64,000 nt of DNA from Vicinamibacterales bacterium (GTDB lineage: Bacteria; Acidobacteriota; Vicinamibacteria; Vicinamibacterales; SCN-69-37): the NCBI GenBank assembly GCA_035550595.1, contig DASZOV010000053.1:3607-67606 (forward strand). The letters are read 5' to 3'. Of the stretch, positions 50,327 through 58,742 are shown in pieces. Numbering within the stretch: the stretch's first letter is position 1; every line of letters begins with the position of its first letter. The translations under genes and the position numbers were made by a program. The notes beneath the pieces are model-generated. The model did not search any database and was not told the origin of the DNA. It worked only from the letters and a program-made list of their open reading frames with translations.

Positions 50327-51364
50327 ATGCCAGCCTCGTATCAGCACGTGCTCCGCGCCGTCTCGGCGCATCCGTGGGCGATGACTCTGGAGAAACTCCA
50401 GGCGATCGGCGCCGTGCTCACAGCTCGCGCTTCAGGCATCAAGGCGACGCAGGAAGAGATTCAGGCCGCACTCGGAGCCTCGGCGGCGGCTCCGGCGTCG
50501 CGCGCGGTCGGATCGGTTGCGGTCATTCCCATCTTCGGCGCGCTCTCGCATCGGATGGGCATGTTCTCCGAGTTCAGCGGCGGCACGAGCTATACGGGCG
50601 TGCGTGGCGCGCTGCGCGCGGCGCTGGCCGACCCGAACGTGTCGGCCGTCCTGCTCGAAATCGATAGCCCTGGCGGCAACGTCGACGGCCTGCCGGAACT
50701 CGCCGATGAACTCTATGCCGCGCGCGGCCAGAAGCCGATCGGCGCCATCGCGAACACGATGGCGGCCAGTGCGGCCTACTGGCTTGGGTCGCAGGTCGAC
50801 GACTTCGCCATCACGCCGAGCGGCGTGGTCGGGTCGATTGGCGTCTACATGATGCATATCGACGAGTCGCAGATGAACGAGAAGGTCGGGCTGTCCGTGA
50901 CCTACATCTCGGCCGGCGAGCACAAGATCGAGGGCAATCCTGATCAGCCGCTGTCGGACGATGCGCGCGAGTATCTCCAGTCGCAGGTCGACGCGATTTA
51001 TGGTCAGTTCATTGACGCCGTGGCGCGCGGACGCGGGGCCTCGAAGAAGGCCGTGCGCGAAACCTACGGACAGGGCCGCGTCCTGATGGCTAGCCCAGCA
51101 CTCCAGGCGGGCATGGTCGACCGCATCGCGACGATCGACGAGATGGCGAGTCGCATGGCCGCTAAAGGTAAACGCGCTGGCGCTCGGGCGATTGCGGTCG
51201 GAGCCGCTGGCACCGTCGAGCCGGTCGCCGAGGCGTTGCCGGCGAGTGAGCGCGCCGAAGTTGCAGAGGCGCCGTCGACAGGGAATGAATTGACGACCCG
51301 GTCGCACGCGGACGAGGCGCTGCTGGCCTCGGCGCGCATTATCGCCGAGCAGGCCGGAGCCTGA
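50327..51364 (+). CDS. S49 (SppA/ClpP-like) head maturation protease
   Basis: VAVIPIFGAL.., VLLEIDSPGGNVDG and ASAAYWLGS. RBS GAGGAGAG. Confidence 0.85.
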   Translation: MPASYQHVLRAVSAHPWAMTLEKLQAIGAVLTARASGIKATQEEIQAALGASAAAPASRAVGSVAVIPIFGALSHRMGMFSEFSGGTSYTGVRGALRAALADPNVSAVLLEIDSPGGNVDGLPELADELYAARGQKPIGAIANTMAASAAYWLGSQVDDFAITPSGVVGSIGVYMMHIDESQMNEKVGLSVTYISAGEHKIEGNPDQPLSDDAREYLQSQVDAIYGQFIDAVARGRGASKKAVRETYGQGRVLMASPALQAGMVDRIATIDEMASRMAAKGKRAGARAIAVGAAGTVEPVAEALPASERAEVAEAPSTGNELTTRSHADEALLASARIIAEQAGA

Positions 51365-51365
51365 C

Positions 51366-51605
51366 GTGCCCGCTATTATGGCCATGACGCCACATAAGCC
51401 AGGACGCCCGGCGCGCGCTCGCGATGGCGCATCGCGTCTCGACATCAAGATCCGCCTGAGCGCGGAAGAACGCGCGGCGCTGCGAGACGCTGCGGCCGAG
51501 CTTGGCGTGCCGATGTCGGCCATGGTGCGTGATGCCGTCAATGAATTCGTGGCGGACTTCAGCGAGCGGCGCGTGTTCGAGTCGCCGAGTTTCGTGGGGC
51601 ACTGA
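51366..51605 (+). CDS. ribbon-helix-helix (MobC/CopG-like) protein inserted in the head module
   Basis: GRPARARDGASRLDIKIRLSAEERAALRDAAAELGVPMSAMVRDAVNEF. The start is GTG 51366 or ATG 51378. Confidence 0.5.
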   Translation: MPAIMAMTPHKPGRPARARDGASRLDIKIRLSAEERAALRDAAAELGVPMSAMVRDAVNEFVADFSERRVFESPSFVGH

Positions 51606-51806
51606 TCGGAAGCCAGTCGCATACTCGTCCTGACAAGGCGCCGTAGCCGACAGCGTGACCCGAAGGTCATGCACGGCCGGCACGACGCCGCAATCTCTAA
51701 GCCGTTCCGAAGAACGCGCGCGGCGATTGCCCAGGTGGCCGCTCTCTATGTGGAGGGCTGGACGCTATGGCAATGCCACGCGCGTTTTTCTTTGTGAGGT
51801 AGGGCG

Positions 51807-53135
51807 ATGCGACTCAAGCAACTGTTGGCCAGGCAGGCCGGCATCCTGCACAAGATCCAGGAAATCGAAAAAGTGGCCGGCGACAAGACGCTGACCGACG
51901 AACAGCGGGCGGAACTCAAGGGTCTGCGCGACGAGTCCGCACGACTCGTCGAGGACATCGCCGAGGCGCGAGCCACGGTCGAGCTCGAGCGGTCGCTGAT
52001 GGCGCGACAGCCGACCGACGCGAATCAGCTCGAAGTCGAGCGGCAGGCGCGTAACGAGACAGGCCACATTGAAATGGGCGCAGATCGGGCCGCGCTCGAT
52101 CCCACTGCCGGCTTTCGGTCCTTCGCCGACTTCGCGCGAGCCGTGCGCGGCGCTTGCTCGCCGATGGGCGGCCGCGACGAGCGGCTGACGCGCGGTATCT
52201 ATGCCGCGCCGACCAATTATCAGTCGGAGACCGGAACGGCGGGCGAAGGCTATGCCGTGCCCGCGCAGTATCGCGATGAGTTGTTTCAGTTGGCGTTCCC
52301 CGGCGACGACCTGGTGTCTGCGCTGAATCCCGAGCCGACCGACAGCAACGCTGTCGACTTCGACGCCGACGAGACTACGCCGTGGGGCGCGACGGGCGTA
52401 CAGGCGAAATGGCGCAGTGAAGCGACGCAGATGGCCGCGAGCAAGGGCGACACGAAGCTGCGGACGCTGCGCCTGCAGGAACTCTATGCCTTCGTCACCG
52501 CGTCAGAGGAGTTGCTGGCCGATGCGCCGCGCCTCCAGAATCGGCTGCTCCAGAAATCGGCTGATGCGATCCGATACAAGGCGTCTGAGGCCCTCGTCAA
52601 CGGCACTGGCGCCGGCCAGCCGCTCGGCTGGATGAAATCTGCCGCGCTCGTCACGATCAGCAAGGAATCGGGCCAGACGGCAGGGACGATCGTCGCGGCG
52701 AACGTGCTGAAGATGTACTCGCGGCTGCTGGCCGACGGCGGGTCTCCGTTCTGGCTGGTGAATCGAGACGCGCTGCCGCAGATCGCGCTCATGACGATCG
52801 GCAATCAGCCGATTTGGACGCCGCCCGTCTCCGGCATGAAGGAGGCACCGAACGGCATGCTTCTGGGGCTGCCGATTCGCTATTCCGAGCATGCCGAGAC
52901 CTGCGGCACGAAGGGCGACATCCAGCTCATCAACCCGATCGGCTACTACGCCGCGGTGAAGCGTGGCGAGGGCATGCAGGTGGCCTCGTCGATCCATCTC
53001 TACTTCGATTACGGCCTCCAGGCGTTCCGCTCCATGTTCCGGCTCGGCGGTCAGCCGTTCCTGAGCGCGGCGGTGAGCCCGGCGAAGGGCAGCAGCACGA
53101 AATCGCACTTCGTCGTCATCGAGACGCGCTCGTAG
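51807..53135 (+). CDS. major capsid protein, HK97 fold, with an N-terminal delta/scaffold domain
   Basis: Coiled-coil N-terminus (~110 aa), then a capsid core of 442 aa total. Follows the protease. Confidence 0.9.
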   Translation: MRLKQLLARQAGILHKIQEIEKVAGDKTLTDEQRAELKGLRDESARLVEDIAEARATVELERSLMARQPTDANQLEVERQARNETGHIEMGADRAALDPTAGFRSFADFARAVRGACSPMGGRDERLTRGIYAAPTNYQSETGTAGEGYAVPAQYRDELFQLAFPGDDLVSALNPEPTDSNAVDFDADETTPWGATGVQAKWRSEATQMAASKGDTKLRTLRLQELYAFVTASEELLADAPRLQNRLLQKSADAIRYKASEALVNGTGAGQPLGWMKSAALVTISKESGQTAGTIVAANVLKMYSRLLADGGSPFWLVNRDALPQIALMTIGNQPIWTPPVSGMKEAPNGMLLGLPIRYSEHAETCGTKGDIQLINPIGYYAAVKRGEGMQVASSIHLYFDYGLQAFRSMFRLGGQPFLSAAVSPAKGSSTKSHFVVIETRS

Positions 53136-53162
53136 GCGCCGAACTTCAGAGGAGTCACGATC

Positions 53163-53597
53163 ATGAGCTTTCCGAACATTCGTCCGAGTGATCGACTCGT
53201 CCTGCGAGGCGTGATCGATCCGGATGCGAACACGGCCGCGACCTACACGACCGGTTGGGTCAGTCTTGCCGACTTCGGCGCCGTGATGGCGATTGTCTTC
53301 GCGGGCGATCTGGGGTCGAGCGCGACGATCGACGCGAAGATCGAGCAGGCCAAGGATGCGAGCGCGACCGGCTCCAAGGACCTGACCGGCAAGGCGATCA
53401 CGACCCTGACCGACAGCAACGTGCAGGCCATCATCAACGTGCGCGGTGAAGACCTGGACGTCGCGAATGGCTACACGCACGTGCGCCTGTCGATGACGGT
53501 CGGCACGGCCACGAGTGACAGCGGCGCGGCCATCTTCGGTGTCGATGCGCGCTACGCGCCGGCTGACGCAGCGGATACGGTCAGCGAGGTCGTCTAG
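53163..53597 (+). CDS. hypothetical head-associated protein
   Basis: RBS AGGAG. 144 aa. Sits directly after the MCP. Confidence 0.55.
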   Translation: MSFPNIRPSDRLVLRGVIDPDANTAATYTTGWVSLADFGAVMAIVFAGDLGSSATIDAKIEQAKDASATGSKDLTGKAITTLTDSNVQAIINVRGEDLDVANGYTHVRLSMTVGTATSDSGAAIFGVDARYAPADAADTVSEVV

Positions 53598-53620
53598 GGA
53601 GTTCGCTGGACGTCTCTGTC

Positions 53621-54589
53621 ATGCCGCTCTCGCTCATCACCGGCCCGACCGTTGAGCCGCTGACGATCGCCGACGCCATCGCGCACCTGCGGATCGATGC
53701 ACCAGAACAGGAGCCCTCGCCAGCGACCGCGCCTCTCGTGGTATTGGCCGGCGCGGCGGGGCTCGTCACGCCTGGCGCGCATCGGCTCGCGGTGACGTTC
53801 GTCGACAGCGACGGCGGCGAGACGACGCCGAGCCCACGGTCAATCGTCGTGCAGGTGGACAGCAGCGCGAACGCGCAAGTTGCCGTCTCGGCCATCCCGA
53901 TCGGCGGCAGCCGGATCGTGGCGCGCGGGCTCTACATGACGCAGGCGGACGGCGATGCGCTCTTTCTCGCCGTGACGATCGCGAACAACACCGCGACGAC
54001 GGCCACGGTAAATCTGGCCGACGCCGATCTGGGCGCGGAAACGCCGAGCGTTAACACGACACAGGACGGCACGCTGACGGCCGCGATTCGTGACGCGCGG
54101 GAATGGGGCGAGTCGATTACGGGAAGACAATTTCTCCAGGCCGACTATTGCCAGACGCAATCACGATTCCCGTCGTGCGGGCCGATCGTGCTGCCGAGGC
54201 CGCCGCTCATGAGCGTGACCGCGATCGAATACCTCGACACGAGCGGCACGCTGCAGACGCTTGATCCGAGCGTCTATGTTGTGACGGCCCCGGCCGGCGG
54301 GGCGTGCCGAGCGGGGCAAATCGATCTGGCCTACGGGCAGGTCTGGCCTGACACGCTGCCACAGGTCGACGCGGTGCGCATCACGTTCCGCGCGGGCTAT
54401 GGCGCGACGGCCTCGACCGTGCCAGGCCCGATTGTTCGCGCGATTCGGTTGGCGATGGGCACGTTCTACGAACAGCGGGAAAACGACGTGCTCGACAAGA
54501 CCGTCACGGCGCTGCCGTCGATCTCGCTCGCGGCACAGCGCCTGCTCCGGCCGTACTGGTGGCGGCCTGAGCAGCGGGAGGCGGCGTGA
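53621..54589 (+). CDS. head-tail connector (gp6/QLRG-like) with an inserted domain
   Basis: N-terminal LTIADAIAHLRID and C-terminal AIRLAMGTFYEQRE are typical of head-tail connector proteins. Confidence 0.65.
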   Translation: MPLSLITGPTVEPLTIADAIAHLRIDAPEQEPSPATAPLVVLAGAAGLVTPGAHRLAVTFVDSDGGETTPSPRSIVVQVDSSANAQVAVSAIPIGGSRIVARGLYMTQADGDALFLAVTIANNTATTATVNLADADLGAETPSVNTTQDGTLTAAIRDAREWGESITGRQFLQADYCQTQSRFPSCGPIVLPRPPLMSVTAIEYLDTSGTLQTLDPSVYVVTAPAGGACRAGQIDLAYGQVWPDTLPQVDAVRITFRAGYGATASTVPGPIVRAIRLAMGTFYEQRENDVLDKTVTALPSISLAAQRLLRPYWWRPEQREAA

Positions 54590-54918
54590 GAGCGGGTCGC
54601 CTGCGGAACCGCGTGGCCATTCTTCGCGCCACGCTCACGAATGACGGCCGCGGCGGCCAGTCGCGCGCCTGGTCGCAAGTCGCAACGGTCTCAGGCGAGA
54701 TTCTGCCCATGTCCGCGCGCGAGCAGGAATTGGCGCAGCGAATCGTGGCGAGCGTGACGCATCACTACACGGTGCGCTATTCGCCGGCCACGTCCAGCCT
54801 GACGCCGAAGGAGACGCGACTCTGGTGTGGCGGCAAGACGTATGAGATCGCCAGTGTCATCGACGAGGACGCGCGACATCGCGTGCTGAGCGGTGACGCG
54901 ATCGAGGTGGCGGCATGA
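54586..54918 (+). CDS. head closure / head-tail adaptor protein
   Basis: RAGRLRNRVAILR.., W..VATVSGEILPMSAREQ and YEIASVID. Confidence 0.7.
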   Translation: MRAGRLRNRVAILRATLTNDGRGGQSRAWSQVATVSGEILPMSAREQELAQRIVASVTHHYTVRYSPATSSLTPKETRLWCGGKTYEIASVIDEDARHRVLSGDAIEVAA

Positions 54919-55367
54919 CGACCTCGATGGAGGATCTGCTCCAGACCGTCGCGCTCGGGCCGGTCTCGGCGGGGATTTATGCCGCCCTGAACGTGCCGCG
55001 CCTGACGAGTCTCGCGACGGGTGGGATTTGGACGGACGTTCCGCAGGGCGCGACGTATCCGGCCGTGCTGTTCGACGTGACCGAGACGCAGCAGCTCGGC
55101 GGATTCGGCACGAAGCCGGGCGTTGGGATGTTGCCTGAAATCGCGCTGCGCATCCATGTCTACAGCCAGTACGCCGGCTTCGACGAGGCGCATCGGATTC
55201 TGTCCGTCGTCAAGTCGCTGCTGGCGGATGCGCCCGATGTCGACGGCTGGTCGAGCTGGGCCATCTTCTGGGATGACGTGATTCCGCTCGCCGATGAGGT
55301 CGTCGCTGGCGTGAAGGTCAAGGAACTCGTGGCGAATGCCCGGCTCTTCGTGGAGGCGCAGTCGTGA
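54915..55367 (+). CDS. tail completion protein (DUF3168-like)
   Basis: Assigned by position, and by the GIWTDVPQGATYPAVLFDV and IALRIHVYS patterns. Confidence 0.55.
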   Translation: MTTSMEDLLQTVALGPVSAGIYAALNVPRLTSLATGGIWTDVPQGATYPAVLFDVTETQQLGGFGTKPGVGMLPEIALRIHVYSQYAGFDEAHRILSVVKSLLADAPDVDGWSSWAIFWDDVIPLADEVVAGVKVKELVANARLFVEAQS

Positions 55368-55543
55368 GCGAGCCGCAATTGCTCGGCCCGAACGGCCAGC
55401 CGCTCCCGTCTCGAGCGAAGCCAACGCGCTGCCCGAACTGCGGCGCTAGTCCTGACAAGCGCGTGCTCTCCGGTGGCTTTGGCGAGCCGCACGACGTGTG
55501 TTCGCGCTGCGGGATGGAGTTCAAGGAAAGGACGCTGCCATGA
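55364..55543 (+). CDS. small zinc-ribbon protein (59 aa, below the track cutoff)
   Basis: GTGA and ATGA couplings. CPNCG..CSRCG. Confidence 0.35.
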   Translation: MSEPQLLGPNGQPLPSRAKPTRCPNCGASPDKRVLSGGFGEPHDVCSRCGMEFKERTLP

Positions 55544-55770
55544 CGCCGAACGGGTCGGACTATCGCGTCAAGGCCGAGCATCCGCGTCGGCCGGGCCAGT
55601 CGCTGCGCATCACGAATAGGCACGGCAGCCTCATCGCGGTCTCGGGCGATCGGTGCGACAAGGTTGCGCCGGATCTGCTCGCGTCGATGATCGCGAATGG
55701 CTACGTGGAGCGCGTGGAGCCTGTGCCGATGAAGCGTCAGGTGACGGCTGACGAGAAAGGCGGCGACTGA
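55540..55770 (+). CDS. small hypothetical protein
   Basis: Coupled ORF of 76 aa. Confidence 0.4.
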   Translation: MTPNGSDYRVKAEHPRRPGQSLRITNRHGSLIAVSGDRCDKVAPDLLASMIANGYVERVEPVPMKRQVTADEKGGD

Positions 55771-56759
55771 TGGGCGCTGGAAAATTCGGCTCGCAGTCGG
55801 TCGTGTACTGCGTCGACGGCTACGACATGCTCGCGACGAAGGCGAAGAACCTGACGCACAAGATCGCGTCAGCCACCGAACGCACGGACGGCCTCGGCGA
55901 TGGCGCCGAAGCGAACGGTCCGGTCGGCATGGTCACGCTGACGCTGACGCAGGGCGGCGGATTCTTCGACACGTCGGCGAACAACGCGCACGTGGCGCTC
56001 GGTGGCGGTCTGCCGTCAGGACCGCAATCGACGCCGCGTCTCGTGCTCGTCGGCTTCGCCGGCAACGACGTCGGCCAGCCGATCTATGGCATCGATGGCA
56101 TGTTTCAGCAGACCTATCAGGTCGATGCCGCGATTGGCGCGCTGACGAAGGCGAACGCGGAATACATCGTCAAGGGCGCGCTCGACACGGCCGTGATTCT
56201 TCAGCCGCTCGCCGCGAAAACAGCCGACTGGAACACGAAGACCGACGGCGACGAGGTGGATTACGCGAGCGACACGACGCAGCGCGTGATGCCGATCACG
56301 TCGAACTCGGCCGCGAGTCCATCAGTCGTCACGACGCCAATCCCGCATGGGCTCGCGACGGGCGACAAGATTCTAATCTCCGGCGTCTCTGGTTCGGACG
56401 CGGATATCAACGGCGAGCAGACCGTCACGGTCATCAGTGACCTGACGTTCTCTGTCGCGGTCGACGCGTCGACGCATGCCGGCACTGGTGGATCGTTCGT
56501 GCGCACAAACTCGGCGAATGGCGCGGCCGGCTATTTGATGGTCAAAGCGATGACCGGCATCACCTCGGCCACCGTTAAGATCCGCGACTCGGCCGACAAC
56601 ACGACCTACGCCGACCTCATCACCTTCACGGCGGTGACGGCCGCGCCGGCGAAAGAGCGCAAGACCGTGGCTGGCCAGGTCGACCGATTTTTGAGCGTTG
56701 ACGGCGACGTTACCGGCACGGGATCGATCACGCCGATCGTGGCGCTGGCGAGGCTCTGA
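55770..56759 (+). CDS. major tail (tube) protein candidate with an inserted Ig-like/surface domain
   Basis: Assigned by position. N-terminus MGAGKFGSQSVVY is paralogous to 57064..57492. Confidence 0.5.
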   Translation: MGAGKFGSQSVVYCVDGYDMLATKAKNLTHKIASATERTDGLGDGAEANGPVGMVTLTLTQGGGFFDTSANNAHVALGGGLPSGPQSTPRLVLVGFAGNDVGQPIYGIDGMFQQTYQVDAAIGALTKANAEYIVKGALDTAVILQPLAAKTADWNTKTDGDEVDYASDTTQRVMPITSNSAASPSVVTTPIPHGLATGDKILISGVSGSDADINGEQTVTVISDLTFSVAVDASTHAGTGGSFVRTNSANGAAGYLMVKAMTGITSATVKIRDSADNTTYADLITFTAVTAAPAKERKTVAGQVDRFLSVDGDVTGTGSITPIVALARL

Positions 56760-56965
56760 TGACGGACGCGCGACTCGCCGACGTGACCGTCGCCATCAAC
56801 GCGATGGAGCGCGACATCCGACGCTATCGGACCGGCGCGCTAGAGGCCGACGAGCATCGGCACAGTCAGGACGCCTTGCGGCATCTCGTCGCGGTGCGTC
56901 GAACGATGGAGCAATGGATTACGGCGCGTGCGATGCGCGCGTCTCGACAGGCGCGCGCAGTCTAG
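56759..56965 (+). CDS. small hypothetical protein
   Basis: TGATG coupling. 68 aa. Confidence 0.4.
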   Translation: MTDARLADVTVAINAMERDIRRYRTGALEADEHRHSQDALRHLVAVRRTMEQWITARAMRASRQARAV

Positions 56966-57063
56966 GCGCGCGACATCTTCGGCACTGAAGCCCGCCACGC
57001 CCGGTTCGCCGCGCTGGCCGCCTTCGATTTCACCCGCGCTCGGCGGGAGAAGGCGGCACGGCC

Positions 57064-57492
57064 ATGGCGGCAGGCAAATTCGGATCGAGTTCGGTCGAGA
57101 TCCATCTCGATGACGGCCCGGGCGGGACGCTGCGGGACATCACGGCTTATGTGACCTCCATCGGCGGGGTCAAGGTCTCGCAGATCACCGAGAAGAGCAA
57201 TCCCTTCGGCACCTCGCACGAGGAAAACACGCCGGTCGGGATGCAACACGTCGACGACATCACCATCGAGGGCTATTACGACACGACGGCGACGACAGGC
57301 CCGCATGTCGTCATGGGCACGCCCGACGACGATCCGCAGGACGCGACGCGCACGTTCACGTTCTCGCCCGGTGATTCGAAGACCTTCACGATGGAGTGCC
57401 GGCTCGTCGACTACTCCGTCATCGCGACGAATGGCAACCTCACGAAATACCAGTCGACGATCCGGCAGGCCGGCGCCGGAGCCTGGGCGTAG
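57064..57492 (+). CDS. tail tube-like protein (short paralogue of 55770..56759)
   Basis: The MAAGKFGSSSVEI N-terminus parallels MGAGKFGSQSVVY. Confidence 0.5.
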   Translation: MAAGKFGSSSVEIHLDDGPGGTLRDITAYVTSIGGVKVSQITEKSNPFGTSHEENTPVGMQHVDDITIEGYYDTTATTGPHVVMGTPDDDPQDATRTFTFSPGDSKTFTMECRLVDYSVIATNGNLTKYQSTIRQAGAGAWA

Positions 57493-57564
57493 AGCAACGG
57501 AATCAGCAGCCCGCGCCCCGTGCGGCGTGACGCCCCACGGATCGCGAGGCTCCTGGAGGACACG

Positions 57565-57993
57565 ATGGGCAGCATTTTCGCGAACCGCATTACGGACACG
57601 ATTTCGATCGACGACAGCGGCAGCACGATCACGATCCGCAAGCTCAATCCGAAGGCGCTCGAAGCGGCGCGCAAGGAATCGCAGCGCCGATCACTTGAGG
57701 AAGTCAAGGAACTCGGCGGACCGGCCGCCGTGCGCGAATTGCAGACGCTGGGCGACGCCAGCAAGGCCACGGACGAGACGCCGCGCCGTGATCCGTTGCT
57801 GACGCATGACGCGCTGACGCTGATCGAGAAGGGCGTCCTGTCATGGACCTACGACGAGCCGATCGGTCGTGAGGCGTTCGACGAACTCGACGAGGACGCG
57901 CGCGACAAATTGGCGACGGCCATCCTCAAGCTCAGCAAGCCGTCGCTCTATCAGACGGCGGAAGAGCAGGACGCAGCGCGAGTAAAAGGCTGA
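57565..57993 (+). CDS. tail assembly chaperone (G-like)
   Basis: RBS GGAGGA. Acidic, 142 aa. Ends just after the slippery GUAAAAG. The -1 frame is open downstream. Confidence 0.5.
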   Translation: MGSIFANRITDTISIDDSGSTITIRKLNPKALEAARKESQRRSLEEVKELGGPAAVRELQTLGDASKATDETPRRDPLLTHDALTLIEKGVLSWTYDEPIGREAFDELDEDARDKLATAILKLSKPSLYQTAEEQDAARVKG

Positions 57994-58289
57994 CGGCGCT
58001 GCACCGGTCGCTGGAAGGCGACGGTGACGCGCCGGTTCCATTCGCGTACTTCCTCGGTCGGTTGTGCGAGGAGTTCCATTGCCTGCCGTCCGAGGCGTTC
58101 CGGGAATGGCTGACGCTCCCGGCCGGACTGCTGGAGGACATTCTCGAAGCGAAGAGCTACGCGCATGCGAAGGCGATCGTGGACGCAAAGGACGCGCCGA
58201 AGTCGCAACGGTACGAGACGCCGATGACACAGATGGTCGAGCAGATCGAGATGGCGATCGTGGCGGAAGAGTTGAGGAATCATGGCTGA
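57987..58289 (+). CDS. T-like extension reached by a putative -1 programmed frameshift (G-T fusion)
   Basis: The -1 frame is open from before 57984 to TGA 58289. The A-run 57984-57987 lets tRNA-Lys re-pair. Confidence 0.4.
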   Translation, partial: RLTALHRSLEGDGDAPVPFAYFLGRLCEEFHCLPSEAFREWLTLPAGLLEDILEAKSYAHAKAIVDAKDAPKSQRYETPMTQMVEQIEMAIVAEELRNHG

Positions 58290-58740
58290 CAGCATCACGT
58301 TCACGCTCGACACGTCCGCGCTCGATCGCGCCATTGCCAATTATGGCGAGGCGGCGCAGCGGCGTGCGACCGAAGCGGCGCGCGTGACGGCGACTCGCAT
58401 CATGGCGGAGGCGAAGTCGCGCCTCACGCGGCAACTCGGCGCATATGCGACGGGGCGCACCGAGCACGGCATCCATATGGAGGAGGCTGGCGGCGGCTTT
58501 CGCATCATTTCGGATCGACCGCTCCAAGGTGACGAGGACTTCACGGCCTCACTCGTGCCCATGTTCATCGAGTTCGGCACGCGGAAGCACAGCGGCAAGA
58601 GCAAGAGTGCCCGCTTTGGTCACGCGCAGGAGCCGCGGCCCTATCTGTTGATCTCGGCACAACTCGAAGAGCAGGCATTTCGGCAGCGGCTCGTGGACGC
58701 GCTGAACGAGGCCGCCGACGAATCAGGACTCGGAGCCTAG
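58282..58740 (+). CDS. HK97 gp10-family tail component
   Basis: FIEFGTRKH..EPRPYLLISAQ matches the gp10 pattern EFGT...PFL. Confidence 0.6.
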   Translation: MADSITFTLDTSALDRAIANYGEAAQRRATEAARVTATRIMAEAKSRLTRQLGAYATGRTEHGIHMEEAGGGFRIISDRPLQGDEDFTASLVPMFIEFGTRKHSGKSKSARFGHAQEPRPYLLISAQLEEQAFRQRLVDALNEAADESGLGA

Positions 58741-58742
58741 CG

